DNA of 64,000 nucleotides from Candidatus Poribacteria bacterium (GTDB taxonomy: Bacteria; Poribacteria; WGA-4E; WGA-3G): assembly GCA_965214095.1 (NCBI GenBank), contig OZ243938.1:4672001-4736000 (forward strand). Direction: 5' to 3'. Shown one piece after another: positions 29,404 through 40,069 of the stretch; within the stretch, counting starts at the first letter, position 1, and each line of letters opens with the position of its first letter. Under the pieces are notes generated by a model. The model was not told the DNA's origin and searched no databases. It saw only the letters and a program-made list of their open reading frames with translations. The position numbers were made by a program, and so were the translations under genes.

Positions 29404-29433
29404 TTGAAGGGAATTAGCAGTTAATTCCCTTCA
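29404..29433. terminator. Hairpin between convergent genes
   Basis: TTGAAGGGAATTA-loop-TAATTCCCTTCAA. Confidence 0.6.
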
Positions 29434-29456
29434 AGCTATCCTGTGGTCTTATGATA

Positions 29457-32414
29457 CTATTTCAATATCAGCATCTTCCGTGTTGCAGAAAATTCAGCAG
29501 CGGTTAATGTGTAGAAATACACACCACTTGCAACGGATTCACCCAATTCATTTTTGCCATCCCAATATGCCGCACGGTTCTGGTTTTGATAAGTGCCTGC
29601 GGACAGATTTCCTAAGTCAAACTTACGAACTAATTTCCCATCAGCAGCATGAATTGAAATGATCACTTCACTCGGTTTTGCTAACTGATAAGGTATCCAC
29701 GTCTCAGGATTAAATGGATTAGGATAATTGGGCAATAGTTTAGTCGTTTCTGGACGTAGTTTGAGTAATAGGTCTTGTAACACACGGATGCCTCTCTGAA
29801 AAGCAGGACTACCGTCATCAACTATATTTGCTTGTGTGATCCAACTTTGGATCTGTTCGGCCGTTAGATTGTGCGAAGCGGGTGACGGTGCCGCTGCAGA
29901 TTCTCCTCCGATATGACCGGCAACCGCTACTAAATCTTGTATATTGACAGTGCCATCACCGTTGACATCTGCGCGACCATCTGTAGATTGACCGAAGGCT
30001 TGTGCAACGATGACTAAATCCAAGATGTTGATTTTGCCATCGGCATTGACATCATATTGTGTGTAAAACATATCATCAACTTCAAAACGTACGATTTCCG
30101 TAAAGTCTTCGCGTAGGATGTTCTGTGCCTTATCCCATACGGTCATCTGTGAAATACCCCATGTTCCAGGCACACTGCCAACAGGCAGAATAATCGTTTT
30201 GTGGTAGGTCGTAAAGACAGTTGGATCTCCTTTGAAATATGTTTTGTGAAAATCGCTATGAAAATGATAAAAGGTGTGTATTACACCGTGCGGATCACGT
30301 AAATCAATAGCTGTGTAATTATATCCACTGATATCATCTTTGATTTGAAAAGTAATATCAACTTTTGTTTCGCCGTTCGGTTCATCCGGATTTGTCGGTT
30401 CTGCTACCACGGTAATCTGGTTCAAATCAAGAACTGGCGGCTTGCTATCAGGATTCGTTGTTACAATATTGATCGTGGCAGGTTTCTCATCAATAATCTC
30501 ATCTTTTACAAGAAGATGATCCTCTGTGTTAGTAAAGTATATCCCTCGGAAATTTAACGCAATATCTTCCATTGAAATATAGTTCAGTGAATATAACCCA
30601 CTTTGGAAGTAATCGGGAATAATCAACTCAACAGTTGCTTCACCAGTGTCTTTGTCGTATGTGCCATACCCATACGAGCTGCGTGAATAGGTTTCGGAAC
30701 TTTCATCGTTGACTCTTGCTGCAATGTTATTCATATCATTTTTTTCAATGATTTTCCAACGCGCAGTCAAAAGTTGGAGTGGTCTATCATCTTCCATACC
30801 CTCAGCCAAGGAGAGTTTCATGGAGTTTTTGACATACATCGGCGGATCTGTGTCGGCTAATGGGTTGTTGATAAAAAGTTTCCAGCCAAAATCTGTTTGT
30901 GATTGGTGCCGTTCATTGCCTTGGGCATCAGCGAGAGTAATTGAATCTGGTCCCCAAAACCCGTGTGCGGAAAAACGTGAGACAACACCCTCACCCCGCA
31001 GAATATGGCTTGTATCCGTATATACACCGTCTTTTATAGGATAAAGCCAAAGCTCAAAGAAGGTACCCTTATTACTAAATAATCTGATATGCGTTTCGCG
31101 GGCATTGTCTAAATCCCCTGTCTGGTGTAGTTCAATTTCTACAATTACCTGCTTATCCTCTTCCGGTTCGCCAATGACATCTATATCCACTCTTATGATT
31201 CGTCCTGGATATACCAAATCTGGATAAAGGTTATAAACCTGAAAGGTTAGATCTTCACGGATGGTCGATATATACCGTGTCCCGTGCATAATCCGGTTTT
31301 GTATGAAATCGTATTTATCTGGCGCACGCGATCGGAGCGCATCAGGACGGACCATGTAAAAACTGATACTCTCAGCCATATCCTCATTAGGATTCTTGGC
31401 ATGCGCATACGCGGATACAAATTCAAGTTGTTTCGTAGTTGACCATCCATCTTTATCATCAGGATTTTCATACCAACCGCCTAGTTCAATCCAATCCTGT
31501 TTGAGCTGCTCATCGAATAGGTGTGTCCATAGAAAGTGTGCTTTTTCATGCAGGATCAACCTATGGATATAGTCCGAGCCTAAATTCTGAAAAGCGGATT
31601 CCATGAACTCAATATATCCGCTTTGAACCCATGCGACTGCGGGGGCAGTCGGATATAACGGGTGAGGTGTGCCATCTAATCGCCGCACGATATATTTCAG
31701 TCCTGCAGTTTTGTGCATACCTGATGGGAATTCTTCAAGCATATTGACAAGAAACAGCACCTCTTCATTCTTAAAGGTTGAGAATCGCGCAGCGTGCTCA
31801 CCGGTTGTGTTTTCTGTTAATTGTGTGTAGTCGGGGACATTTAAACTCACCTCATACCGTTCGTTCAGTATACGTTCAATTGCTTCCCGGTCATTTCCGT
31901 CATCTGTTACGTATCGGACAACTGCGTGATGCAACCTTTTGGAAAAGAACCTGCCTACTACACCCTCAAGTTTCGCTAATCTCGGTTCTGCATAAGTAAA
32001 TGCGTGTTCTGAAATAGTGACAATTGTCTGTCTGTTGCTTGTATCTATTTCAATGTCACCGTCAATATGATTTGTGGTCAATTTCCATAAAGTGTGTAGC
32101 ACTTTCGGTTCTGGATCATAGAGGTCGTTTATAGGTTGCGGAACGGATTTAAATGTTTGTAGCAGGCGATATGCATTATCTGAACTCCATTCTGTACCGA
32201 GATAGACAGAATACTGCTGCATCAGACGCAAAGCAGCACTGTCTGTTATCACCTTCATCGGTTCATCAAGAAACGTGACTTGTAGCGGTTCGACCGCTGT
32301 AACCTGATCTGCCCCTCCAAGTTCGTCTGTATTTTCCCAACTGTATTCATAAGCTATTGAAACTTGAACATAAGAAATTAATATGCAATAGAGAGCAAGT
32401 TTTATTACTTTCAT
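29457..32414 (-). CDS. Secreted zinc metalloprotease-like protein with dockerin-like and FlgD-Ig C-terminal domains
   Basis: Signal peptide; LILHEKAHF with downstream FVSAYA...NEDMAES; DVNADGKINILDLV; NYPNPFNPETWIPY...TRKMLILK. Confidence 0.85.
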   Translation of the reverse strand: MKVIKLALYCILISYVQVSIAYEYSWENTDELGGADQVTAVEPLQVTFLDEPMKVITDSAALRLMQQYSVYLGTEWSSDNAYRLLQTFKSVPQPINDLYDPEPKVLHTLWKLTTNHIDGDIEIDTSNRQTIVTISEHAFTYAEPRLAKLEGVVGRFFSKRLHHAVVRYVTDDGNDREAIERILNERYEVSLNVPDYTQLTENTTGEHAARFSTFKNEEVLFLVNMLEEFPSGMHKTAGLKYIVRRLDGTPHPLYPTAPAVAWVQSGYIEFMESAFQNLGSDYIHRLILHEKAHFLWTHLFDEQLKQDWIELGGWYENPDDKDGWSTTKQLEFVSAYAHAKNPNEDMAESISFYMVRPDALRSRAPDKYDFIQNRIMHGTRYISTIREDLTFQVYNLYPDLVYPGRIIRVDIDVIGEPEEDKQVIVEIELHQTGDLDNARETHIRLFSNKGTFFELWLYPIKDGVYTDTSHILRGEGVVSRFSAHGFWGPDSITLADAQGNERHQSQTDFGWKLFINNPLADTDPPMYVKNSMKLSLAEGMEDDRPLQLLTARWKIIEKNDMNNIAARVNDESSETYSRSSYGYGTYDKDTGEATVELIIPDYFQSGLYSLNYISMEDIALNFRGIYFTNTEDHLLVKDEIIDEKPATINIVTTNPDSKPPVLDLNQITVVAEPTNPDEPNGETKVDITFQIKDDISGYNYTAIDLRDPHGVIHTFYHFHSDFHKTYFKGDPTVFTTYHKTIILPVGSVPGTWGISQMTVWDKAQNILREDFTEIVRFEVDDMFYTQYDVNADGKINILDLVIVAQAFGQSTDGRADVNGDGTVNIQDLVAVAGHIGGESAAAPSPASHNLTAEQIQSWITQANIVDDGSPAFQRGIRVLQDLLLKLRPETTKLLPNYPNPFNPETWIPYQLAKPSEVIISIHAADGKLVRKFDLGNLSAGTYQNQNRAAYWDGKNELGESVASGVYFYTLTAAEFSATRKMLILK

Positions 32415-32834
32415 TTTAATTCTCCCCTATTTAAGCTAAATAGTGTTCTTAGGATTACGATCTATACAGAGTATGTGTCGTATTGTTGTTATTTACATAT
32501 ATTGATTTAAGATAACCTAAGTTGCTACCTATGTACCACAAACTCTTTGTTTCTGCATACGAGAACACAAACTGAAAATTACGCTACAATACTTTGTGAA
32601 TAATCAGCGTTTCTCTATTAGATACGGTATATCACTGACAAATGTCTTGTCAGTACCAACTTAAATTAAAATAATTATAATAAATAGTCATATAAGAGTC
32701 AATATTTTTTGTATTATAATAACATTATATATTAGTTTAAAATGACTTTTGTTGTATTGTAAAATGAAATATATTGAATGTTCTTGTTGTGAACGTGTTC
32801 GCCAGTTGGGGCAAACCTTCAATATCAGTAAGGT

Positions 32835-32974
32835 TATACCATTTCTAAGAAAGAATAGTTCATTATAAAATTATGAATTCAAACTGAGATAGAGAATGTC
32901 CGAGGACGCAATGAATTGCGTGACTACGAACACCTGTTTTGATAATGACAAGTTATCACTTAGAATTGGTATTA
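32835..32974. mobile_element. MITE-like element with TATACCA(T/A)TT terminal inverted repeats
   Basis: Inverted copy at 53334-53435; partial copy at 33393-33473 (GACTACGAACACCTGTTT...GATAATGA). Confidence 0.75.
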
Positions 32975-32985
32975 TAATGTAACTG

Positions 32986-33212
32986 AGGGGTGTGCATAAA
33001 TAATCGGTGGATCAACATAGATGGTGACACACGTCACAAACTTCTTCATGTGGATAGGCACCATTCTTAGTGCAAAAAGGACAAGATTTTGTAGGTCGGG
33101 TAGAGTTTGCGAAACCCGACATGCAAGACTGGATACGATTGTGTCGGGTTTCACTGCGTTCTACCCGACCTACGACATAAGCTTAGAATCGATTTTATTT
33201 ATGCCCACACCT
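32986..33212. mobile_element. 227-bp MITE with 18-bp TIRs, 10-bp target-site duplication and internal REP doublet
   Basis: TIR AGG[G/T]GTG[T/G]GCATAAATAA (16/18); flanking direct repeat AATGTAACTG at 32976-32985 and 33213-33222; GTAGGTCGGGTAGA...TCTACCCGACCTAC at 33092-33172. Confidence 0.85.
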
Positions 33213-33392
33213 AATGTAACTGGTTGTAGACGGGGGATGAAGGGAATTTTGGGGTTGGGAGAATGGATTTCAGGGTGGATTTATTGGGATTGCATTGGTT
33301 ATTGACGGTCAGTTAGCAGTTGTTGGCAGTCAACTATCATCATGTGGATCGCGGATTTTGGTTCTGAATCGCGGATTTGCGCGGATGACGCG

Positions 33393-33473
33393 GAGAATGT
33401 CCGAGGCGCAATGCATTGCACGACTACGAACACCTGTTTGATAATGATAGGTTGTTATTTAAAAATGGTATTA
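33393..33473. repeat. Partial second copy of the 32835 element
   Basis: GAGAATGTCCGAGG...GACTACGAACACCTGTTT...AATGGTATTA. Confidence 0.7.
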
Positions 33474-33522
33474 TAAAGTAACTACAGAATCCACAGAGAT
33501 CAACAAGAAAAGTATAAAGCAA

Positions 33523-34530
33523 TTACGCTTTATAAAACTCTACTGTTGTGCCAGCCATGTCTGCAACTTTCTCTATTAGTTCTTCACGTTCTTTTTGCTG
33601 CATACCAGAGAACCGTTTAGCAATATCTATTTTTTCTTGTAATTGTTCAGCATTATCAGGTCCGGTGACAAGTGTGCTGACGGGAAATGCCCACACAAAA
33701 CGTATTGCTTCTTCAATACTTACCCGATTAGGCACAACTCTTGGCTTTGGTCCGTGTTTGCCATGTCTGGTTCCACCGAAAAATCCACCATTTGCTAAGG
33801 ACTTCATACCTATAACGCCAATGTTTCTTTCAACAAGCGATGGAATTACACCCTCAATAAAACTTTCATAACTGACATCGGCAATGTTTACCGGCAATTG
33901 ACACGCATCAAATATATCCGATTTATCTAATACGCGGGTGTGTGCGGATGGACTTGTATGTCCTGTGAATCCAATGTATCGAGCTTTTCCTGATTCTTTT
34001 GCCTCAGCCATGACATCAAAAACACCGTTCTCAATCCTTTCATTAACATCTTCAGGATTTCGAACAGCGTGTACCTGCCAAAGATCGACTTGATCTGTAT
34101 TGAGACGTTTGAGTGATCCTTCAAGGTGTTTTCGTGCAGTTTTTGCATCTCTTGCGTTTGTCTTTGTCATGAGAAATATATCGTCACGATATTTCGGAAT
34201 TAGCAGTTTGCCTAACCGTGTTTCACTTCCACCTTTCTGATAGGACTCGGCGGAGTCAAAAAATCTTACACCACCTTCCAATGCAACATCAAGCGTCTTT
34301 TGTGCTTCTTTTTCATCCATTTCACCGATATGCCATCCACCAAGTCCTAATATTGTGACTGATTCATCTGTCCTACCTAATTTCCGTAACGGCAAAAGTG
34401 TGCCTAAGCGGTCAGTAGAAGGTTTTACTTCCTGACCTTCTGAAACCCCTGAAGACAGGAGAATTCCTGTGGTTAATCCTGCCAATGACTTTAAAAATGC
34501 ACGTCGATCAATCATAGTTTTAACCTCCAC
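33523..34530 (-). CDS. Tat-exported aldo/keto reductase
   Basis: DRRAFLK twin-arginine signal; LGLGG, FFDSAESY, SLKRLNTDQVDLWQVH, YIGFTGH, GMKS. Confidence 0.9.
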   Translation of the reverse strand: MEVKTMIDRRAFLKSLAGLTTGILLSSGVSEGQEVKPSTDRLGTLLPLRKLGRTDESVTILGLGGWHIGEMDEKEAQKTLDVALEGGVRFFDSAESYQKGGSETRLGKLLIPKYRDDIFLMTKTNARDAKTARKHLEGSLKRLNTDQVDLWQVHAVRNPEDVNERIENGVFDVMAEAKESGKARYIGFTGHTSPSAHTRVLDKSDIFDACQLPVNIADVSYESFIEGVIPSLVERNIGVIGMKSLANGGFFGGTRHGKHGPKPRVVPNRVSIEEAIRFVWAFPVSTLVTGPDNAEQLQEKIDIAKRFSGMQQKEREELIEKVADMAGTTVEFYKA

Positions 34531-34761
34531 CTCACATCATATAGTCAATCTGAATTTTTGTCAATATCAAAATTACAATCGTCAGCGTTATCCAATTGTC
34601 GCGAAACATTCTTGGAGGATGGGTTTCCAACCCTGATTTCTTACGCGACAGTTGAATTGCATTGATCTGACAATTGATTTCAATTGACCAACACAAGACC
34701 CTTATGTATAATAACGTAGTTTATTTGTTGATGTTGACAGATAAAATTTATAGGATACGTT

Positions 34762-35487
34762 ATGGAACATACTTTACAAAAACAGATTCCTGATAAAACT
34801 GTAGTCTTGACTTTTGACGATGGATGTAAGTCACAAGCAACCTTTGTAGCACCAATTCTCAAGCAATATGGTTTTGGTGCAACTTTTTACATCACAGAAG
34901 GACTTGGATTTCTCAAGAATAAAGAAGCCTATATGACATGGGAAGAAGTGAGAGAATTACATGAATCGGGATTTGAAATTGGAAACCATACCAGACATCA
35001 TCGGAATGTTACACAACAAAGTGATCAAGATTTAGAAAGCGACCTGCATTATATTGATATGCAATGTATGGAATATGGCATCGCAAAACCGACAACTTTC
35101 TGTTATCCTGGGTATAGTCATAATGAATCTGCAGTGAATGTTGTGAATTCACACGGATTTCAGTTCGCCCGTCGCGGGGTTGCCCCAGAGTTTCCATATA
35201 ATTCGGAGGGTGGAAGAGGTCCCGCTTATGACCCGAAAGTGCATCATCGACTTCTCATTCCAACCACTGGTGCGTCGGGACCGAATTGGGATTTTGATGA
35301 TTTTACGTGGGCACTTGAGCAGGCTAAAGATGGTAATATAACTGTGTTGACGTTTCACGGAGTACCGGATCTGGAACATCCGTGGGTTCACACAGAACCG
35401 GATGATTTTGAAATTTATATGGAATTTCTATCAGACAACGGTTTTACTGTCATTGCCCTACAGGATCTTTCCAACTATATATGGTAG
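34762..35487 (+). CDS. Polysaccharide deacetylase (NodB/CE4) family
   Basis: LTFDDG, EIGNHTRHH, FCYPG, LTFHG. Confidence 0.9.
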   Translation: MEHTLQKQIPDKTVVLTFDDGCKSQATFVAPILKQYGFGATFYITEGLGFLKNKEAYMTWEEVRELHESGFEIGNHTRHHRNVTQQSDQDLESDLHYIDMQCMEYGIAKPTTFCYPGYSHNESAVNVVNSHGFQFARRGVAPEFPYNSEGGRGPAYDPKVHHRLLIPTTGASGPNWDFDDFTWALEQAKDGNITVLTFHGVPDLEHPWVHTEPDDFEIYMEFLSDNGFTVIALQDLSNYIW

Positions 35488-35528
35488 GTTATAGAATCAA
35501 CTATGCATTTGTCAGAAGTGGTATTAGG

Positions 35529-37010
35529 TTATTGAGTCGCGCCTATTTGTGCGGCTTGCGGTGCGCGTGTTGGAAGTTTCTTCTCCGTTAACGCTTCTTG
35601 TGGCACATACCTTGAGTAATCCGAAATACCACCAGTTGTCAAAGCATATACAACAACATTCGTCATAAAACGATACACGTTCGGCGAATAATGCACACTG
35701 CGTGTCGGTATACTTATAGTTTCCATTGCACACATATAATCACGCCGTATCACAAGCACCGATAACTTCTCTCCGACAGAGATCCCTTCCAGATAGTTCC
35801 GTCTTGGCGGTCGTGTGCCCCACCAATAAATATCAAACCCCACAGGAGGTCCACCCATCCCATAGAAGTTGTGATAAATCTCGTGTGAATTTTTTACGCG
35901 TTCAACTGTGTATTCAGGCATCACATATCGCATTTGTGAGAAGAATAATCGCACCATTGCTTGTGCTGGTGCGTTGACACCGCAATCGTCAAAGATTAAA
36001 AACCCACCTTTTTCAACGAGGTATTTGCGGAGTCCTGCTGCTTCTGCTTCAGAAAAACGGTTGTCCATTTTACCACCGCCATATTGTCTACTGATCAGAT
36101 TTCGGGATCGCGTGAATGCTGGATCGTGTCCTGTCATAAAGACCAGTGGTGATTTCTGTAAGTTTGCATCTGTCAACTTGATAGACCCACCATCTACGTT
36201 CATATCTGTTTTGATTTTAGTTTTCTCGTTGAGCCATTTGGCAAGTGCGTTGAGTGCTGACGAATCTGCCCACCAATCTGAAAGGGTGTGTCGTACGCGT
36301 GCGAATCGGAACACACCGCGTATATCTCGACCTCTGCCGAAAACAACACCGCACGGGTCACCGTCAATTATTGATGGATTTTCAGCGGGGCCAAGTGGAA
36401 TTGCACGGACGACATTCGAAAGGGCACTTTCTGTCACACCGACATGTTCCGACATCGATAAACCGAGGGGACGTGTCCAATTAACCTTTACCTGAACGAC
36501 ACCAGCGAGTGGACGTCCGATATGAGCAGGACCCGCAGTAGACAAACTTGCTAAAGGACCCACAACTGGTAAAGCCTTGGGTGATATTGACACTGGTAAA
36601 TCCACAGGTGTTGTTATTTCCAATTTTGGGACATTGGGATTAACTATTCTCGGCACATTCGGATTGATAGGTGTTCTTACTTTAACATTCCGGTTAGATA
36701 TAGATACTTCCGATGCCATCTGAGGTTGAGGTTGTGTATGCTGTGCAACAGTTATTAGACGTGGTTGCGTTTCAACAGGATCGGCAACAAACATGTTTTC
36801 TACGATTGCAGTTGTCTTGTGGACAGGTTTAACAATTTGTTCACGGACTTGTGGTGGCTTGGGTGGTTCTGGTGTGTTTAGCACATCTACGCCGATGAAG
36901 GTTTTGAAGGTCTGTGTGTGCGTAACAAAGTAGAGTCCAGCAATCAGCACGATTAGACAGTGGATTGCAATTGAAGTCAACAGAGCACCAGATACTTTTT
37001 TGCTGTGCAT
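35529..37010 (-). CDS. Membrane-anchored DUF4159-domain protein with Pro-rich linker
   Basis: N-terminal TM 'SIAIHCLIVLIAG' (TonB-like S...H), Pro-rich stalk, FARVRH...DWW, PLVFMTGH, LRKYL-x-x-x-GGFLIFDD, HEIYH. Confidence 0.75.
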   Translation of the reverse strand: MHSKKVSGALLTSIAIHCLIVLIAGLYFVTHTQTFKTFIGVDVLNTPEPPKPPQVREQIVKPVHKTTAIVENMFVADPVETQPRLITVAQHTQPQPQMASEVSISNRNVKVRTPINPNVPRIVNPNVPKLEITTPVDLPVSISPKALPVVGPLASLSTAGPAHIGRPLAGVVQVKVNWTRPLGLSMSEHVGVTESALSNVVRAIPLGPAENPSIIDGDPCGVVFGRGRDIRGVFRFARVRHTLSDWWADSSALNALAKWLNEKTKIKTDMNVDGGSIKLTDANLQKSPLVFMTGHDPAFTRSRNLISRQYGGGKMDNRFSEAEAAGLRKYLVEKGGFLIFDDCGVNAPAQAMVRLFFSQMRYVMPEYTVERVKNSHEIYHNFYGMGGPPVGFDIYWWGTRPPRRNYLEGISVGEKLSVLVIRRDYMCAMETISIPTRSVHYSPNVYRFMTNVVVYALTTGGISDYSRYVPQEALTEKKLPTRAPQAAQIGATQ

Positions 37011-37049
37011 AACTCACCTCGTCAAAGGATGATATTACTGTAACATACA

Positions 37050-37064
37050 GCAAGTTATATGCCA
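37050..37064 (-). promoter_or_regulatory. sigma-54 (-24/-12) promoter of the DUF4159 gene
   Basis: Minus strand TGGCATATAACTTGC fits TGGCA-N6-TTGC. Confidence 0.8.
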
Positions 37065-37110
37065 ATTAAATAGGTGGAATATGCGGTACATCCACACTTC
37101 TGACGATATT

Positions 37111-37160
37111 GCTGCACAAAAAAGGGCATTGAGATGTGAAGCTGCACAAAAAAGGGCATT
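37111..37160. promoter_or_regulatory. Paired putative enhancer (bEBP) boxes TGCAC-N6-GGGCA
   Basis: Perfect 20-bp direct repeat GCTGCACAAAAAAGGGCATT at 37111 and 37141 (30-bp period). Confidence 0.7.
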
Positions 37161-37294
37161 TTCGGTATAGGATAGAATATCCGAAATAGATCATGACAAA
37201 TGTTATCAAAATCTATTAGAATGTGAGTTTGATTAGGCAGTGGAATTGGGAGGAGACATCTCAAGGAAAGTATAGTCAATAGAATGTCTCTGCA

Positions 37295-37663
37295 TTACTT
37301 ATGAAAGGCAGCTATGATTAAACATCCCCAACCTGCGATAAAGGCTAACCCACCAATCGGTGTAATTGCACCTAACCAACGTAGACCTGTTAGACTGAGA
37401 ATATATAAGCTTCCAGAAAAAATCAATATACCGATGATGAAGCACCACCCCGCAGCAGATATATAGTTGCTTTGCCATTGTGAAAATGCCCACGCAACGA
37501 CAATCAATCCAATTCCGTGATACATCTGATATCTCACCGCGACCTCAAATATATCTAACATCTCCTTTGAGAGTCTACCTTTAAGTGTATGTGCGCCAAA
37601 GGCACCTAACAGAACACTCAATAAGCTAAAAGCAGCACCGGCTGCAAAGTAAAAGTTTTTCAT
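37295..37663 (-). CDS. DUF423 (YgdD/TMEM256) family membrane protein
   Basis: LGAFGAH, YQMYH, IFSGSLY, ITPIGG. Confidence 0.9.
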   Translation of the reverse strand: MKNFYFAAGAAFSLLSVLLGAFGAHTLKGRLSKEMLDIFEVAVRYQMYHGIGLIVVAWAFSQWQSNYISAAGWCFIIGILIFSGSLYILSLTGLRWLGAITPIGGLAFIAGWGCLIIAAFHK

Positions 37664-37877
37664 AAATCTCCTTTATGGTTCATCTTCTTCTATGTATATT
37701 ATATACAATCTGAAACAAATGTGGAATTTATTTCTCAATCACCCATGCTAACTCTCATTTGCTATGACCTAAAGGTTTTTGTTGTAATAATATTGTCAAT
37801 TATGCTAAACTATACTATCTTATAACGGCATAGTTTGACCTATTCCGTATGGTTACAAAAGGAGAACTTACTACAAA

Positions 37878-39953
37878 ATGAGACAATACAGAACAGAAGA
37901 AATTCGGAATATCGGAATTATTGCTCATTCAGGGGCAGGTAAAACTTCCCTAATTGAAGCGATGCTTTATAACGGTGGTGCAATTGAACGAATGGGAGCC
38001 GTGGATGACGGAAACACGGTTGCTGACTATGCCTCTGATGAGATAGAACGCAAGACCTCACTCAATTGTTCCGTGTGTATTGCGGAATGGGCGGAAAATA
38101 AACTTAACCTTATTGATACTCCAGGAGCAGAAGATTTTTACGGAGACCTTCATGGTGTACTTCGAGTCGTGGATGCAGTTGTCGTAGTCGTTGACGCCAC
38201 AACAGGCGTTGAAGGGGGAACAGAAAAAGTCTGGGAGGTTGCCGACAAGTATAATCTTCCACGCATTCTCTTCATAAACAAAATGGATAAAGAGAACGCA
38301 AGTTTTGATAATGCACTTGCAAGTATTTCTGAAATCTTAGAAACACGAGCAGTTCCTATTCAAATCCCAATTGGTAAAGAAGATCAGTTTACTGGTGTGG
38401 TAGATGTAATTCAAGATAGTGCCTTTCTTGAACCAAATGGAAACGCACCTGTTGGGAAGTCAGATGTCCCAGACGATTTAGCTGGCACAGCAGAAGAATA
38501 TCGGGAAGCACTCGTTGAAGTTGCCGCTGAAAGCGATGATGAACTCATTGAAAAGTTTTTTGAAGGTGAGCTCTCTGAGGAAGAGATACAGAAAGGTCTG
38601 CAAACAGGGATCTCTGAAAATCAGTTTGTACCAGTACTATGCGGTTCATCGCTAAAGAATATAGGTGTTCAGCAGTTGATGGATATGGTAGTTAGTTGTT
38701 GTCCATCACCTGTTCAAGCAGGAGAAATCCAAGATGTAGAAGACGACTCTAAAACACGCGAACCTTCAACCGATGCACCTTTATCTGCTGTTGTTTTCAA
38801 AACAATCGCAGACCCATTTTCAGGTCAACTCAGTCTTTTCCGTGTGTATTCAGGTGCGTTAGCAGGAGATTCACAAGTAAACAACTCAAGCCGTGGAGAA
38901 GTTGAAAGAATCGGCAAACCCACTTTTATGAACGGTAAGCAAGCGATTAATACTGCTAATGTCCCGGCAGGAGATATCGGTGGAATAACGAAATTGGATA
39001 AAACACGTACCGGAGATACATTGTGTGATAGAGACGCAGCTATAAAGTTACCCGGAATTGAATTTCCTAATACAGTTATCTCTTATGCTATATCCCCAGT
39101 CCGTGAGGGTGACGATGAGAAACTCATTAACGCTCTTACAAGGATTGGTGAGGAAGACCCATCCTTCAAGATTGAACGAAACGACGTTACAAAGCAGTTA
39201 CTTGTTTCAGGTTTGGGTGAACTTCATATTACAGTTAATCGCGCAAGAATAGCAGAGAAATTTGGGGTTGAAACTGTGGTTGCACCGCCAAAAGTTGCAT
39301 ACCGAGAAACTGTACGCAAGAGCGTGCAGAATGTTCAAGAACGACACAAAAAACAATCTGGTGGTAAGGGGCAATTTGGTGATGTCACGATTAACCTCGC
39401 TCCATTACAGCGAGGCGAAGGTTTTGACTTTGTTGATAACATTAAAGGTGGGGCGATACCGAAGAACTATATCCCAGCAGTTCAAAAAGGTATACGCCAG
39501 AGAATGGAACGAGGGGTCCTGGCAGGTTTTCCTTTGGTTGATATCCAAATAGACTTACATGATGGAAAATACCATGATGTAGATTCATCGGATATGGCAT
39601 TCCAAATTGCAGGATCTATGGCTTTTGCTACTGCTGTACAACAAGCGAATCCATGTTTGCTTGAACCCATCATGAACGTTACAATCACTGTGCCTGATCA
39701 GTATATGGGGAGTATTATTGGAGATTTAAACGGACGTAGAGGACAGGTGATGGGTGTTGAACAGGCAGGGAAACGACAGATAATTCAGGCTATTGTCCCG
39801 CAGTCAGAAATGCTACGATATTCCATTGATTTGAAATCTATGACGAGTGCGCGTGGCAACTTCACCATGGAATTCTCAAACTATGAGATTGTCCCCGATG
39901 ATGTTGCACAGAAAGTCATCGCTGAATCCGCGACAGAAGAAGACGAATCCTAA
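37878..39953 (+). CDS. fusA: Elongation factor G paralogue (EF-G2-like), outside the str operon
   Basis: AHSGAGKT, DTPG, NKMD, G-x-GELH, KKQSGG-x-GQFG, H-x-VDSS; switch I reads ERKTSL instead of ERGITI. Confidence 0.85.
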   Translation: MRQYRTEEIRNIGIIAHSGAGKTSLIEAMLYNGGAIERMGAVDDGNTVADYASDEIERKTSLNCSVCIAEWAENKLNLIDTPGAEDFYGDLHGVLRVVDAVVVVVDATTGVEGGTEKVWEVADKYNLPRILFINKMDKENASFDNALASISEILETRAVPIQIPIGKEDQFTGVVDVIQDSAFLEPNGNAPVGKSDVPDDLAGTAEEYREALVEVAAESDDELIEKFFEGELSEEEIQKGLQTGISENQFVPVLCGSSLKNIGVQQLMDMVVSCCPSPVQAGEIQDVEDDSKTREPSTDAPLSAVVFKTIADPFSGQLSLFRVYSGALAGDSQVNNSSRGEVERIGKPTFMNGKQAINTANVPAGDIGGITKLDKTRTGDTLCDRDAAIKLPGIEFPNTVISYAISPVREGDDEKLINALTRIGEEDPSFKIERNDVTKQLLVSGLGELHITVNRARIAEKFGVETVVAPPKVAYRETVRKSVQNVQERHKKQSGGKGQFGDVTINLAPLQRGEGFDFVDNIKGGAIPKNYIPAVQKGIRQRMERGVLAGFPLVDIQIDLHDGKYHDVDSSDMAFQIAGSMAFATAVQQANPCLLEPIMNVTITVPDQYMGSIIGDLNGRRGQVMGVEQAGKRQIIQAIVPQSEMLRYSIDLKSMTSARGNFTMEFSNYEIVPDDVAQKVIAESATEEDES

Positions 39954-39996
39954 ATCAAAACTTGTTGTTGACTTTGATTTTGACCCAAGTACTTTT

Positions 39997-40035
39997 AAAA
40001 TAGGCACGTCCATTTATAAAAGACGCGCCTATTTT
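39997..40035 (+). terminator. Probable terminator after EF-G2
   Basis: AAAATAGGCACGTC-loop-GACGCGCCTATTTT. Confidence 0.55.
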
Positions 40036-40069
40036 GTAATTGTCCACTGAGGAAACAGAAGTGAATATC

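Noticed and set aside
32972-33305. Short ORFs 32972-33154 and 33021-33305
   Set aside because: They lie within MITE/REP sequence and have no protein-like features.
37111-37160. Mini-CRISPR or simple tandem duplication
   Set aside because: The 10-bp spacer is too short; the match to the 53282/53312 boxes and the adjacent sigma-54 site favour enhancer sites.
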